A stretch of DNA of 47,926 nt from an uncultured bacterium. Its GTDB lineage: Bacteria > Patescibacteriota > Minisyncoccia > Phycocordibacterales > UBA11359. The notes under the pieces were generated by a model. That model was given only the letters and a program-made list of their open reading frames with translations, did not search any database and was not told the DNA's origin. Position 1 is the first letter of the stretch; the number at the start of each line of letters is the position of its first letter. This document shows, in pieces, positions 24,777 through 35,454 of the stretch. The translations under genes and the position numbers were made by a program. The stretch lies in NCBI GenBank assembly GCA_903831815.1, contig CAIKZC010000003.1:1-47926 (forward strand), given 5' to 3'.

Positions 24777-25865
24777 ATGAAAATTCAGGAAAACGTGTTG
24801 CTGGCGCCTTATACAACTTTTAAGATCGGTGGAAATGCGCGATTTTTTGCGCAAGTTTCTAGTGTGGCCGAACTCGAAGAGGCTGTGGCATTTGCCAAGG
24901 AAGGAAGTGATGAAACGAGGCATTTACCGATTTTTGTTTTGGGTGGCGGATCGAACGTTTTGATCTCTGATAACGGTTTTGATGGATTGGTAATCAAAAA
25001 TGAAATAATGGGTATTGTTGAGGAAGGAGAAAGAATTATTGCCGGAGCGGGGGAGAATTGGGATAATTTTGTACGATACACGGTTGAAGAAAAGGGTTTG
25101 AATGGTTTGGAAAATTTGTCGGCTATTCCGGGTACGGTTGGTGCTGCGCCAGTGCAAAATATTGGCGCCTATGGCGTGGAAGCCAAAAATACAATCGAAT
25201 GGGTTGAAGTTTATAATTTAACGACTCGAAAAATCGAAAAGCTTTCGAATGCCGATTGTCGATTTGGGTATCGCGACAGTATTTTTAAAGATGAGAGAAA
25301 AAATAATATAATTTTGCGTGTTTCGTTCTTGCTTTCGAAAAATGGTAAGGCGATGCTTGAGTATAAAGATCTGAAAATGTTTTTTGCTGGCCGTGCCGAT
25401 GTGCCGAGTTTATGCGAAGTGCGAGACGCTGTGATTAAGGTTCGCGCCGGCAAGTTCCCGGACCTTTCAAAGATCGGCACGGCCGGTTCCTTTTTCAAAA
25501 ATATTGTCATTCCTCGTACCGAATATCAGACATTATTAAGAAAATTTCCGACAGCACCGGCCTTTCTCGCTGATCCTTCCCGAAAAGTTCAGGGTTCTAC
25601 TTCAACGTCTTCTCAAAATTCTGTTCAAGAAAAATCTAATGATCCGGCAGTGAAAGTACCAACCGCCTGGGTTTTGGACAAAGTTTGCAATTTCAAAGGC
25701 GTGCGTCGCGGCAATATCGGAATGTTTGAAAATCAAGCGCTGGTCATGGTCAATTATGGTGGGGGAACGGCGCGAGAAGTGCGAACTTTTGCCGAGGAAA
25801 TAATTTTTTGCGTCAAACAAAAGACCGGTTTAACTATTTATCCTGAAGTTGAATTTGTTGGTTAA
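24777..25865 (+). CDS. murB: UDP-N-acetylenolpyruvoylglucosamine reductase (MurB)
   Basis: Motifs YTTFKIGGNA, LGGGSNVL, GAYGVE and GSFFKN. Contains a Ser/Thr-rich insertion near aa 265-295. Confidence 0.92.
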   Translation: MKIQENVLLAPYTTFKIGGNARFFAQVSSVAELEEAVAFAKEGSDETRHLPIFVLGGGSNVLISDNGFDGLVIKNEIMGIVEEGERIIAGAGENWDNFVRYTVEEKGLNGLENLSAIPGTVGAAPVQNIGAYGVEAKNTIEWVEVYNLTTRKIEKLSNADCRFGYRDSIFKDERKNNIILRVSFLLSKNGKAMLEYKDLKMFFAGRADVPSLCEVRDAVIKVRAGKFPDLSKIGTAGSFFKNIVIPRTEYQTLLRKFPTAPAFLADPSRKVQGSTSTSSQNSVQEKSNDPAVKVPTAWVLDKVCNFKGVRRGNIGMFENQALVMVNYGGGTAREVRTFAEEIIFCVKQKTGLTIYPEVEFVG

Positions 25866-25914
25866 AAAAGCCTTTTCTCTATCAAATATGCTGTTTTTAT
25901 GGTAATATACCTGG

Positions 25915-28440
25915 ATGTTTTCAGTAACGGGATTATTTAAAAATCGAAATACTAAGCAAATTGCAGGCTTGCAGCCAATCGTTCAGAAGATCAACGGTCT
26001 TGAAAAGGACTTTGAGGCTCTTTCGGCTGACCAACTTAAGGCTAAAACGGCTGAATTCAAGGCGCGTTTGACTGGTGAAAAGCCCGAAACGTTGGATGAC
26101 ATTTTGCCGGAAGCTTTTGCTGCGGTTCGCGAAGCTGCTAAGCGAACTCTTGGTCAGCGTCATTTCGACGTGCAACTTATCGGTGGCATGATGCTCCACT
26201 TCGGAAAAATTGCGGAAATGAAAACTGGTGAAGGAAAAACTCTTGTGGCCACTTTGCCTGCATATTTAAATGCTTTGACCGGAAAAGGGGTACATATTGT
26301 GACCGTTAATGATTATCTTTCTCGTCGTGATGCAGTTTGGATGGGACAAGTATATGACGCTCTCGGAATGTCGGTAGGTGTGATCACTCATGATGCTTCA
26401 TATTTCTACGATCCAAAACATAAAGAGGAAGATAAAGAACGGGATGAAGTTGCTTCATTTAAAATTATGTACGATTTCTTGCGACCTTCGACTCGACCGC
26501 AATCGTATGGGGCGGACATAACTTATGGAACCAACAGCGAATATGGTTTTGATTATTTGCGCGATAATATTGAATACGATATCGGTAGAATTAGACAGCG
26601 AGAATTTAATTATGCGATTGTTGATGAGATCGACTCTATTTTGATCGATGAAGCGCGAACGCCACTCATTATTTCCGCGCCATCGGGTGATTCGGAGGAT
26701 TTGTATGTGAAATTTGCCGATTTGGTGGAGAAATTAAAAGTTGAAGAGGATTATACTGTTGATGAAAAATTTAAACAGATCCAATTGACCGATGCCGGTA
26801 TTACCAAAGCCGAAAAATTACTTGGCGTTGAAAATATTTATACCGACAAAGGAATTAAATATGTGCATCATTTAGAAACGGCCGTGCGTGCCAAAGCACT
26901 TTTCCATTTGGACAAAGAGTATGTGGTGCGAAATGGTGAAGTAATCATTGTGGATGAATTTACAGGACGACTTCAGCCGGGACGCCGATGGTCGGATGGT
27001 TTGCATCAGGCAATAGAAGCAAAAGAAAATGCGCGAATTCAAAAAGAATCTCGCACGTACGCCTCGATTACATATCAGAACTTTTTCCGCATGTACAAAA
27101 AGTTGGCAGGTATGACGGGAACGGCGATCACTTCATCCGAGGAATTTTTCAAAGTCTATAATTTGGATGTAGTAGAAATACCGACCAATCAACCGATTGC
27201 GCGTCTCGATAAATATGATCTCATTTTCCAAACGGAAGCGGGGAAGTTTCGGGCAATCGCTCGCAAGATTAAAGAAATAAATGAAAAAGGCCAGCCGGTA
27301 TTGGTTGGTACAGTATCAATCGAGAAAAATGAAATACTTTCGCAATATTTGAAACGCGAAGGTGTACAGCACGAGATTTTGAATGCTAAAAATCATGAAC
27401 GTGAAGGAGAAATTGTGGCTAATGCCGGCAAAAAAGGTGCTGTAACAATTGCCACAAACATGGCAGGACGAGGAGTGGATATAAAGCTTGGCGGCGCGCA
27501 GGCGAGCAAGGAACTGCACGGTGAAATAAAATCGGTGGGCGGGCTCTTTGTGCTCGGCACCGAGCGCCACGAAGCGCGCCGCATCGACAACCAATTAAGA
27601 GGTCGTTCCGGTCGTCAGGGTGATCCCGGAGAGACGCAGTTTTTCGTTTCGCTCGAGGACACATTGATGCGCGTTTTTGCGCCGGATTACATCAAAACTA
27701 TGATGAATAAGTTCGGTATTCCCGAAGATCAACCGATCGAAACCAAACTTATTTCTCGCGCACTAGAAAGTGCTCAAACCAAGATTGAAGGTTTCAACTT
27801 TGATGCTCGAAAACACGTTCTTGAATACGACGACGTAATGAGTTATCAACGTAAAATAGTTTACGCTCGTCGCCGCGCTGTGCTTATGTCGACAGGTGAG
27901 GCACTAGTTGCGGTTATCGATGAACTTTTTAAAGACGCCGACGATGAATTCAAAAAAGTGCTCGAAGAAAAAAAGAAAACTCTCGGCACAGAGCAGTTCT
28001 ATCAAGGTGCTCGCATGTTATATTTGCAAACTATCGATATGTTTTGGATGGAACATTTGGAAGAAATGGAATATATGCGCAGTTCCGTCAGTTTGCGCTC
28101 CTATGGTCAGCGCGATCCTTTGGTTGAATACAAAAAAGAAGGTTTGCGAATGTACAAACAAATGGAACAATCTGTGGTTGAAGAAATGTTCAGACTTTTG
28201 CCACATCTTGCTGGTCTCACTGTAAGTGCCACCAATGTTGAAATGAAAAATTTGCAAGAAATTAAAGAGGGTGCGCAGTCGCTTGGCGCGGAAGATGGTT
28301 CAGCTAAAGCTGGTTCAGAAAGTTCCGACAAAGTTGGTCGCAATGAAAAAGTTGTCGTTATAAAAAGTGGTCAAGAAAAAGAGATCAAACACAAAAAATT
28401 GGAACAATATTTGAAAGACGGCTGGGTAAAGAAGAAATAG
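25915..28440 (+). CDS. secA: Preprotein translocase ATPase SecA
   Basis: Motifs MKTGEGKTLVATLPAYLNAL, VDEIDSILIDEARTPLIIS, TNMAGRGVDIKLGG and RIDNQLRGRSGRQGDPG. Confidence 0.97.
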   Translation: MFSVTGLFKNRNTKQIAGLQPIVQKINGLEKDFEALSADQLKAKTAEFKARLTGEKPETLDDILPEAFAAVREAAKRTLGQRHFDVQLIGGMMLHFGKIAEMKTGEGKTLVATLPAYLNALTGKGVHIVTVNDYLSRRDAVWMGQVYDALGMSVGVITHDASYFYDPKHKEEDKERDEVASFKIMYDFLRPSTRPQSYGADITYGTNSEYGFDYLRDNIEYDIGRIRQREFNYAIVDEIDSILIDEARTPLIISAPSGDSEDLYVKFADLVEKLKVEEDYTVDEKFKQIQLTDAGITKAEKLLGVENIYTDKGIKYVHHLETAVRAKALFHLDKEYVVRNGEVIIVDEFTGRLQPGRRWSDGLHQAIEAKENARIQKESRTYASITYQNFFRMYKKLAGMTGTAITSSEEFFKVYNLDVVEIPTNQPIARLDKYDLIFQTEAGKFRAIARKIKEINEKGQPVLVGTVSIEKNEILSQYLKREGVQHEILNAKNHEREGEIVANAGKKGAVTIATNMAGRGVDIKLGGAQASKELHGEIKSVGGLFVLGTERHEARRIDNQLRGRSGRQGDPGETQFFVSLEDTLMRVFAPDYIKTMMNKFGIPEDQPIETKLISRALESAQTKIEGFNFDARKHVLEYDDVMSYQRKIVYARRRAVLMSTGEALVAVIDELFKDADDEFKKVLEEKKKTLGTEQFYQGARMLYLQTIDMFWMEHLEEMEYMRSSVSLRSYGQRDPLVEYKKEGLRMYKQMEQSVVEEMFRLLPHLAGLTVSATNVEMKNLQEIKEGAQSLGAEDGSAKAGSESSDKVGRNEKVVVIKSGQEKEIKHKKLEQYLKDGWVKKK

Positions 28441-28473
28441 ATAAAAAGTCGGGTTTGTGATAACTTTATTGAT

Positions 28474-30084
28474 ATGTCAAAAGAAACTTCAAACGTTGGT
28501 AGTGGAAATGTAGGAGATGGCAAAGACGAGCGAGTTATTCGTCTCTCTAAACTCGAAGCGATCAAAAAAGAGGGCGTTCCGGCTTATCCATCTCGATTTG
28601 AACGCACACATACTACAGCTGAGGCAGTAGCTTTTGTCGAAAAATCGACTCTTCGCACTGCAGATGAAGTTTTTGCTAATCCCACAAAAAATATTCGCGT
28701 GGCCGGTCGTATCATAACTTTCCGTGAACACGGCAAGATCGCTTTTGCCAATATTCAAGATGTTTCCGGACAAATTCAAATCTGTTTTAAATTTGAAGTG
28801 CTCGGTGAAAAAATTTTCAAATTCCTTTTTGAAGATGTCGATCTCGGAGATTTCATTGGCGTCTCTGGCGAACCTTTCCTAACTAAGCAAGGCAAGCTTG
28901 CAATACTTTGTGCCGAATTTACTTTCCTTAGTAAAGCTCTTCGTCCACTTCCTGATAAATTTCACGGTCTTGAAGATACCGAAATAAAATATCGAAAACG
29001 TTATTTGGATCTCATTGCTAATCGCGAAACGATGGATCGTTTTTTGACTCGTTCAAAAATCACTGAAAACTTGCGCCAGTGGCTCCTCAAAAAAGATTTT
29101 GTGGAAATTGTGACTCGCACACTCCAGTTGCAAGCTGGCGGCGCTCTCGCAAAGCCATTTACAACTCATCATAATACTTTGGATACGGATTATGCTTTGC
29201 GTATCGCACCTGAACTCGACCTCAAAATGGCAGTCATCGGCGGACTAGAGAGAGTTTTTGAATTTGCTATTTCTTTCCGTAACGAAGGTATGGATCCAAG
29301 TCATTTGCAAGAATTTCAAATGTTGGAATGGTATGCTGCCTACGAAAACATGGATACCAACATGAAATGGACCGAAGAAATGTTGCAAAATATTTTACCA
29401 AAAGTTCTCGGCACACCTTCATTTAAAGTTTATGATAAAAAAGGCAAGGAACACATGGTTGATATTTCCAAACCTTTCAAAAAAGTCACTTTCACTGAAT
29501 TGTTAGCGTCGGTTAAAGTAGATATTTTTGCTGAAAAAGATGTTTTGGTCAAAAAAGCGATTGAAGCCGGTATTGATGCGGCTGAAGCTAAATCTCGTTC
29601 ACGTGCCAATTTGCTCGACGATATTTACAAAAAATTAATTCGACCAAATCTAGTCGATCCAACTTTTGTTACTCATCATCCAGGAGATTTGAAACCTCTG
29701 GCTCGCCGCAATGATGTCGATCCACGACTCGCAGATAGTTTCCAGTTGCTTATTGCCGGTTGGGAAGTAGTTAACGCTTATTCCGAGCTTGTTGATCCGA
29801 TCGCTCAGCGAAAACTTTTGGAAGATCAAGCAAAAGAAAAAAATGCCGGCGACGCTGAAGCCATGGAAGTCAACGAAGAATATCTCACGGCCATGGAGCA
29901 CGGTATGCCACCGATCACTGGTTTTGGTATGGGGATTGATCGATTGGTCGCTCTTGTTACCGGTCAAAAAAATCTACGTGACGTGGTGCTTTTTCCGCTC
30001 ATGAAAAAAGAGGATTCTCAAAAAGAAGATGCCGGAAAAGATTCTGGAGAGGGAGCTGAAGACAAACAGGGTTCTGACTTATAA
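28474..30084 (+). CDS. lysS: Lysine--tRNA ligase (class II)
   Basis: Motifs FRNEGMD, EFQMLEWY and PPITGFGMGIDRL. Has an acidic, low-complexity C-terminal tail. Confidence 0.95.
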   Translation: MSKETSNVGSGNVGDGKDERVIRLSKLEAIKKEGVPAYPSRFERTHTTAEAVAFVEKSTLRTADEVFANPTKNIRVAGRIITFREHGKIAFANIQDVSGQIQICFKFEVLGEKIFKFLFEDVDLGDFIGVSGEPFLTKQGKLAILCAEFTFLSKALRPLPDKFHGLEDTEIKYRKRYLDLIANRETMDRFLTRSKITENLRQWLLKKDFVEIVTRTLQLQAGGALAKPFTTHHNTLDTDYALRIAPELDLKMAVIGGLERVFEFAISFRNEGMDPSHLQEFQMLEWYAAYENMDTNMKWTEEMLQNILPKVLGTPSFKVYDKKGKEHMVDISKPFKKVTFTELLASVKVDIFAEKDVLVKKAIEAGIDAAEAKSRSRANLLDDIYKKLIRPNLVDPTFVTHHPGDLKPLARRNDVDPRLADSFQLLIAGWEVVNAYSELVDPIAQRKLLEDQAKEKNAGDAEAMEVNEEYLTAMEHGMPPITGFGMGIDRLVALVTGQKNLRDVVLFPLMKKEDSQKEDAGKDSGEGAEDKQGSDL

Positions 30085-30099
30085 AATATTTTTAAATAT

Positions 30100-31173
30100 A
30101 TGCCCGATTTTGATTGGAAGCTTTATTCTAATTCGCGCGAATCATGGGAAGCCATGTATGATGATTGCGCAAAAGCTAAAGAGTCGATTGATTTCGAAAT
30201 GTACATTTTTGACGTTGATGAGATTGGACAACGTTTTCTTGATTTGTTTATAAAAAAATCTTTGGAAGGCGTGCACGTGCGTTTGCTTTTTGACATGGTC
30301 GGCAGCTATCCTTTTTATATTTCGGAATTGCCGGAAGAGTTGAGTCGCTCCGGAATCGAAGTCAGATTTTTTAATCCGGTCAGTCCGTGGCGTATCCCGA
30401 ACTTCACTTCAAACTTTTTCCGAACACACACCAAGTTGTTGGTAATTGATCAAGAAATTGTGCACACTGGCGGTGTAAATATCAGAGATAGTATGGCCTC
30501 GTGGCGTGATTCCAATGTCCGCTTGCAAGGCGGTCTCGCTGAAGAAGCCGGTTATATTTTTGCTCGAATGTGGCGAGTTGTTGAAGAAGGAAAATTTTTG
30601 CCTTTTCGAAAACACTCCGTTTATGTCAAAAATTTTGCCTTCCGCACTAATTCTCCGCACCTCGGTCAGCGTTTCGTTTACAACGAACTAATTGACGTTA
30701 TTCGCAATGCCAAAAAATATGTTTATCTGACCACGCCATATTTTGTGCCGGATATCAGATTGTTGCGAGTGATCAGATTAGCGGCCAAAAGGGGAGTTGA
30801 TGTGCGACTTTTGATTCCACGCAATTCAAATTTCAAAACAGCGGATTTGGCGGCGCGATCGTATTTCACTTTACTATTAAAATCCGGTGTGAAAATTTAT
30901 CGTTATACCGATTCCATGTTGCATGCCAAAACGGCCGTGGTTGATCGCTCGTGGGCCATGATCGGTAGTTTCAATTTGGACAGCTTGAGTTTGCTTTTTA
31001 ATTATGAATTAAACGTGGTCAGCGACAGTGAAGATTTTGCTTTTGAACTTCAGGAAATTTTCATGCAAGATTTACAAAAATCCGAACAAGTTATGGCGCA
31101 GGAGTGGTACAAGAGATCCTATCTTCGAAAATCTTTGGAGATGGTAACGTGGCCAATTCATAAGTTTTTGTAG
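30100..31173 (+). CDS. Phospholipase D family protein, cardiolipin synthase-like (two HKD motifs, no N-terminal TM helices)
   Basis: HTKLLVIDQEIVHTGGVN and HAKTAVVDRSWAMIGSFNLD. Confidence 0.85.
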   Translation: MPDFDWKLYSNSRESWEAMYDDCAKAKESIDFEMYIFDVDEIGQRFLDLFIKKSLEGVHVRLLFDMVGSYPFYISELPEELSRSGIEVRFFNPVSPWRIPNFTSNFFRTHTKLLVIDQEIVHTGGVNIRDSMASWRDSNVRLQGGLAEEAGYIFARMWRVVEEGKFLPFRKHSVYVKNFAFRTNSPHLGQRFVYNELIDVIRNAKKYVYLTTPYFVPDIRLLRVIRLAAKRGVDVRLLIPRNSNFKTADLAARSYFTLLLKSGVKIYRYTDSMLHAKTAVVDRSWAMIGSFNLDSLSLLFNYELNVVSDSEDFAFELQEIFMQDLQKSEQVMAQEWYKRSYLRKSLEMVTWPIHKFL

Positions 31174-31212
31174 AAAGATACGTCTAACTAAAGCCGTTAA
31201 ATTCGGTTTTTG

Positions 31213-31241
31213 TTGACAAAATGGTCAAATGGGTGTATAAT
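31213..31241 (+). promoter_or_regulatory. Perfect-consensus sigma70 promoter
   Basis: TTGACA (31213-31218), a 17-nt spacer, then TATAAT (31236-31241) preceded by a TG. Confidence 0.65.
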
Positions 31242-31247
31242 ATACCC

Positions 31248-31392
31248 AGTTCTTTGATATTGCGAGATTCGCTATAGCAGAAAGCGGTTTTAAGATTTAA
31301 CCTGAAATAGAACCATTTTCTGCTGTAGCGAAACCAATGTGGCCAAGCTAGCAGCGATTCTGTAAAAACAGTCATACAAAAGGAGAAAAGTC
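31248..31392 (+). promoter_or_regulatory. ~145-nt structured 5' leader (riboswitch-like or attenuator-like, class unknown)
   Basis: A 15-bp helix TCGCTATAGCAGAAA / TTTCTGCTGTAGCGA (one G.U) encloses a GGTT...AACC hairpin. AGATTCGCT can alternatively pair with the downstream AGCGATTCT. Ends with a CTGT-AAAA-ACAG hairpin and a strong SD AAAGGAG 7 nt before the ATG. Confidence 0.45.
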
Positions 31393-32083
31393 ATGACTGA
31401 ACAACAGAGACCGAAGTTGGCCGGTGCTTTCGTTGAGCACCAAGACCGTTTCAGTGATTTGACCACCGAGGAAGCTCAGTGGGCAATTACGGATACGGCG
31501 TCGGCGATTGCTGTCTGTGTGGCGGCAATCAAGGTTGCGTTCGCTAAGGCGCACGGGGGCCCTCGAATTCATCTCGACTGTCGTTGTATCTGCAACCACC
31601 ACGAAGTTTGTCGCGAAAGATAAGTTCGTGGTCAACACCGGTGGCGATGATAATCGTGTGAGGATTTCTTTTATCGGGAGCAACTTCCGTGGCTGGTTCC
31701 TCGACAAAATCGAGGGTCCAATTACGGAACAGAAACTTCGCTACGCGAAGCTATTGAAATCCTCGGTGGACAGTCCGATCATCTCCGAACTCGGTGGCGA
31801 AGCGAAAGCTGAAACCACTCTGACGGAAATGTTCTCCCTCATGGAGAAGCAGAAGAATGGCAAAGCCGGAGTGTTGTTGACTAACGGCTACGCCAACATC
31901 TTCTACGTCAAGGACAACGCTGGTGTGCTTCGCGCGGTCGACGTGTACTGGAGCAGCGACGGTTGGGGCGTCAATGCGCGCTCCGTCGAGGGCCCGCGCG
32001 CTTGGTACGTTGGCTTTCAGGCGTTTTCCCGCAATCTTCTGTCCTCGAATCCTGCTGTCATTGCGGTTTCGCCGAAAGGCTGA
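31393..32083 (+). pseudogene. GC-rich orphan gene, apparently one ~230-codon reading frame split by a frameshift at a G5 run (31555-31559)
   Basis: Frame 1 (31393..31623) has the SD and ATG, but its last ~20 codons look like out-of-frame sequence. Frame 2 (to 32083) reads like a protein from ~31556 onward but has only a TTG with no RBS. Removing one G gives ...AKAHG-ALEFISTVVV... Confidence 0.6.
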
Positions 32084-32103
32084 CCCTCTGTCTCTTGGAT
32101 TCT

Positions 32104-32146
32104 CTGACCCTCATTCTGCTTCGGCGGATTGAGGGTCGGTTTTTTA
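32104..32146. terminator. Strong intrinsic terminator (potentially bidirectional, between convergent genes)
   Basis: GACCCTCA (32106-32113) / TGAGGGTC (32130-32137), extendable by 3 more pairs, followed by GGTTTTTTATTTT. The minus-strand gene ends at 32144. Confidence 0.65.
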
Positions 32147-33436
32147 TTTTGAAATTATTTTCTCGATATTGTCGACGGCGTTTTTGGGAGCGTTCAGATA
32201 TCCGTTGATGGCGGCTTCGGCCAGCCAGCTGGACTTTAGCCAATCAGGAAGCCATTCATTCACATATTTTGGATTGTATTCTTCGAAGCCGGCGCCAATC
32301 ATGTGCAACCAGGTCTTGTTGTATTCTTCCTGAGCGCCAAGCGGAGGGGTCATGATTATAGGCAAACCTAAGCCGGCGTAGAACGACAGCTCACTTGGCT
32401 TGGTCCATAAAATATCGGTGTCTCGCAAAACTTTGCTAAACTCGGTAAAATATTCGAATTTTTCCGGTCGATAAATGATGCTGACACCGCGATCGCGATA
32501 AGTTTCCAGCTTCATCTTTTTCAAAGCTTTCTCAAATCGACGCAAAATCTTTTTGGAAGTTCCGGCCACAAGATTGAGCTGAATTTCGCCGTTTTTTATT
32601 TGCTCTTGCAATGATTTGATTATGGTCACACCGGTTTTCCATTGTGCACCTGCGCCACCGACAGCATATGAAATTGTCAGAGGTTTGTTTACCAAATCAG
32701 TCGCTTTTTCCTTCCAAACATAAAGAGAAAGAAGGTCTTTATATTGTTCTCTAAAAATGCCGAGTGGATCAAGTTTGGTAATGCGTCTTTGCAAGATCGA
32801 AAGCGAACTGCAATCAGGAATTGGAAAATTGGTGACGATTATTTTTTCCGGACGTACGCCATATAACATCAATCTTTCTTTGGCTCTAATTGTCGGTGCT
32901 AAATAAGTAATCCGACTTTCTTTTGGTTTGAGCGCGACCCAGGCTCGCGCAATATCGGTGTCGGTACAAAGACAATATATCTCGCCTTTATAGCCATGGG
33001 CTTCGGCAAACAAGGCGGGAATCGGAAATGTGCATATGAGCGGTAACGGTTTCTTATTTAGAGTTTCGATTAAATGTTTTCCCAAACCCTTACTAATCAT
33101 TTTATGAGATTGTTTGGCTTCAAAATTTGGTTTGGAGAGATCGCGGCGCGGATAAAAATCTTCAATTTTTTGAAAATAGTCCATGATGTGGAAAATCGTT
33201 TTGCCGAAAATAGGGAAGCCATTGAGACGCGAAATTCCTTCATATAATTTTTGGACTTGATACCATTTCTTTTTATCTTTTTTGGGAATATTCGGATAAT
33301 TGTTGGCCGAAATCACAATTGGCTGAGTTAAGTGCCATTCTTCCGGTGTGTCAGCGAATTTTATGAGAGGGAAAGCGGCTCTTTGATGTCCGTAACCCAT
33401 ATCAACAGCGACGATGTAAGCTTTTTTATTTTCCAT
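32144..33436 (-). CDS. Putative glycosyltransferase, MGDG-synthase/MurG-like (GT28-type) family
   Basis: The N-terminal AYIVAVDMGYGHQRAA resembles the G-rich GHxxxA motif of MGDG synthase/UgtP-type enzymes, and the size (430 aa) fits. The assignment is tentative. Confidence 0.55.
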   Translation of the reverse strand: MENKKAYIVAVDMGYGHQRAAFPLIKFADTPEEWHLTQPIVISANNYPNIPKKDKKKWYQVQKLYEGISRLNGFPIFGKTIFHIMDYFQKIEDFYPRRDLSKPNFEAKQSHKMISKGLGKHLIETLNKKPLPLICTFPIPALFAEAHGYKGEIYCLCTDTDIARAWVALKPKESRITYLAPTIRAKERLMLYGVRPEKIIVTNFPIPDCSSLSILQRRITKLDPLGIFREQYKDLLSLYVWKEKATDLVNKPLTISYAVGGAGAQWKTGVTIIKSLQEQIKNGEIQLNLVAGTSKKILRRFEKALKKMKLETYRDRGVSIIYRPEKFEYFTEFSKVLRDTDILWTKPSELSFYAGLGLPIIMTPPLGAQEEYNKTWLHMIGAGFEEYNPKYVNEWLPDWLKSSWLAEAAINGYLNAPKNAVDNIEKIISK

Positions 33437-33439
33437 ATT

Positions 33440-34024
33440 TTATTTTATTTCAGAAATATCGTTTTTAATTGTCGCTTCCGGAACTTCCAAATAATTTGGA
33501 TTTTTTACGAGAGTTGGTTGACCATCTTTTTCGACGACGTAATAAGCGAAACCGTGCATTTCGCGAATTGGTTCATAATCGGCGTGTGCCGGCATGCTGG
33601 CGGAGTCATCAAGATTTACAGGACTGTCATCGGATGTGACGAGCCAAGTTTTGCCGGTGTTAACTAAAAGGTGTCCGGCAAAAGATGGAATGGCGATAGA
33701 GTCGCCGGCTTTGACTTTTACGGCTTGGAAAGATGAGAGTTTGTTGTTGAGGAAGTTGCCGGTGGCGTCTTTTTGGCGTATTTGCAGGAGGAGAATCCCT
33801 TCACCTTCCAAAATTTTGTATGTTTCTTGGAAGTCGTCGACATGATAATGTCCGTAAGCTTTGATATATTCGCCATCAACCGTACCGGATTCCCAGACGG
33901 TGATATTTCTTTTATCTTTTCCGCCGCGAATCATATAATAATGAATTTCTGGGCCCATGGCGTTTGGATTCATCAAAACTTCCTTCATTTTTTCTTGGGT
34001 GCGTGAAGCGTAAGGTTGTATCAT
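33440..34024 (-). CDS. pgi: Cupin-type (archaeal-type) glucose-6-phosphate isomerase
   Basis: 194 aa with the cupin metal-site pattern YIKAYGHYH...ETYKILEGEG. Size and motif match the Pyrococcus-type cPGI family. Confidence 0.75.
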   Translation of the reverse strand: MIQPYASRTQEKMKEVLMNPNAMGPEIHYYMIRGGKDKRNITVWESGTVDGEYIKAYGHYHVDDFQETYKILEGEGILLLQIRQKDATGNFLNNKLSSFQAVKVKAGDSIAIPSFAGHLLVNTGKTWLVTSDDSPVNLDDSASMPAHADYEPIREMHGFAYYVVEKDGQPTLVKNPNYLEVPEATIKNDISEIK

Positions 34025-34110
34025 GTTTTATATTGTACAATATGTGCGTTTATTTAGCATTATCCAAAAATGTGCTAAACTTTCTCTATTAAAAACAAAA
34101 ATAAATTTAA

Positions 34111-35427
<1,317 letters not shown>

Positions 35428-35454
35428 AAATGGTGTAGAAACAGAATCTACGTG

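Noticed and set aside
24544-24823. Track ORFs 24544..24765 and 24614..24823 in the intergenic region before murB
   Set aside because: They have no SD and span a terminator and promoter elements. One also runs into murB out of frame, and the peptides are Cys/Trp-rich nonsense. The region is better explained as regulatory RNA.
27316-27664. Three antisense ORFs inside secA (plus similar antisense ORFs in eno at 34107..34582 and elsewhere)
   Set aside because: They are shadow ORFs opposite well-supported conserved genes, with Arg/Ser/Pro-rich compositions typical of antisense frames.
28474-31173. lysS immediately followed by a PLD/cardiolipin-synthase-like gene as a possible lysyl-lipid (MprF/LysX-like) system
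   Set aside because: PLD-family enzymes are not aminoacyl-phosphatidylglycerol synthases and no MprF-type domain is present. Adjacency alone is insufficient.
31508-32083. Treating the 191-aa TTG-initiated ORF as an independent gene overlapping a separate 76-aa gene
   Set aside because: There is no RBS before the TTG, and its first ~15 codons are Arg/Ser-rich out-of-frame-looking sequence. The 76-aa ORF becomes nonsense-like exactly where the other frame becomes protein-like. A single frameshifted gene is more parsimonious, but this needs read-level confirmation.
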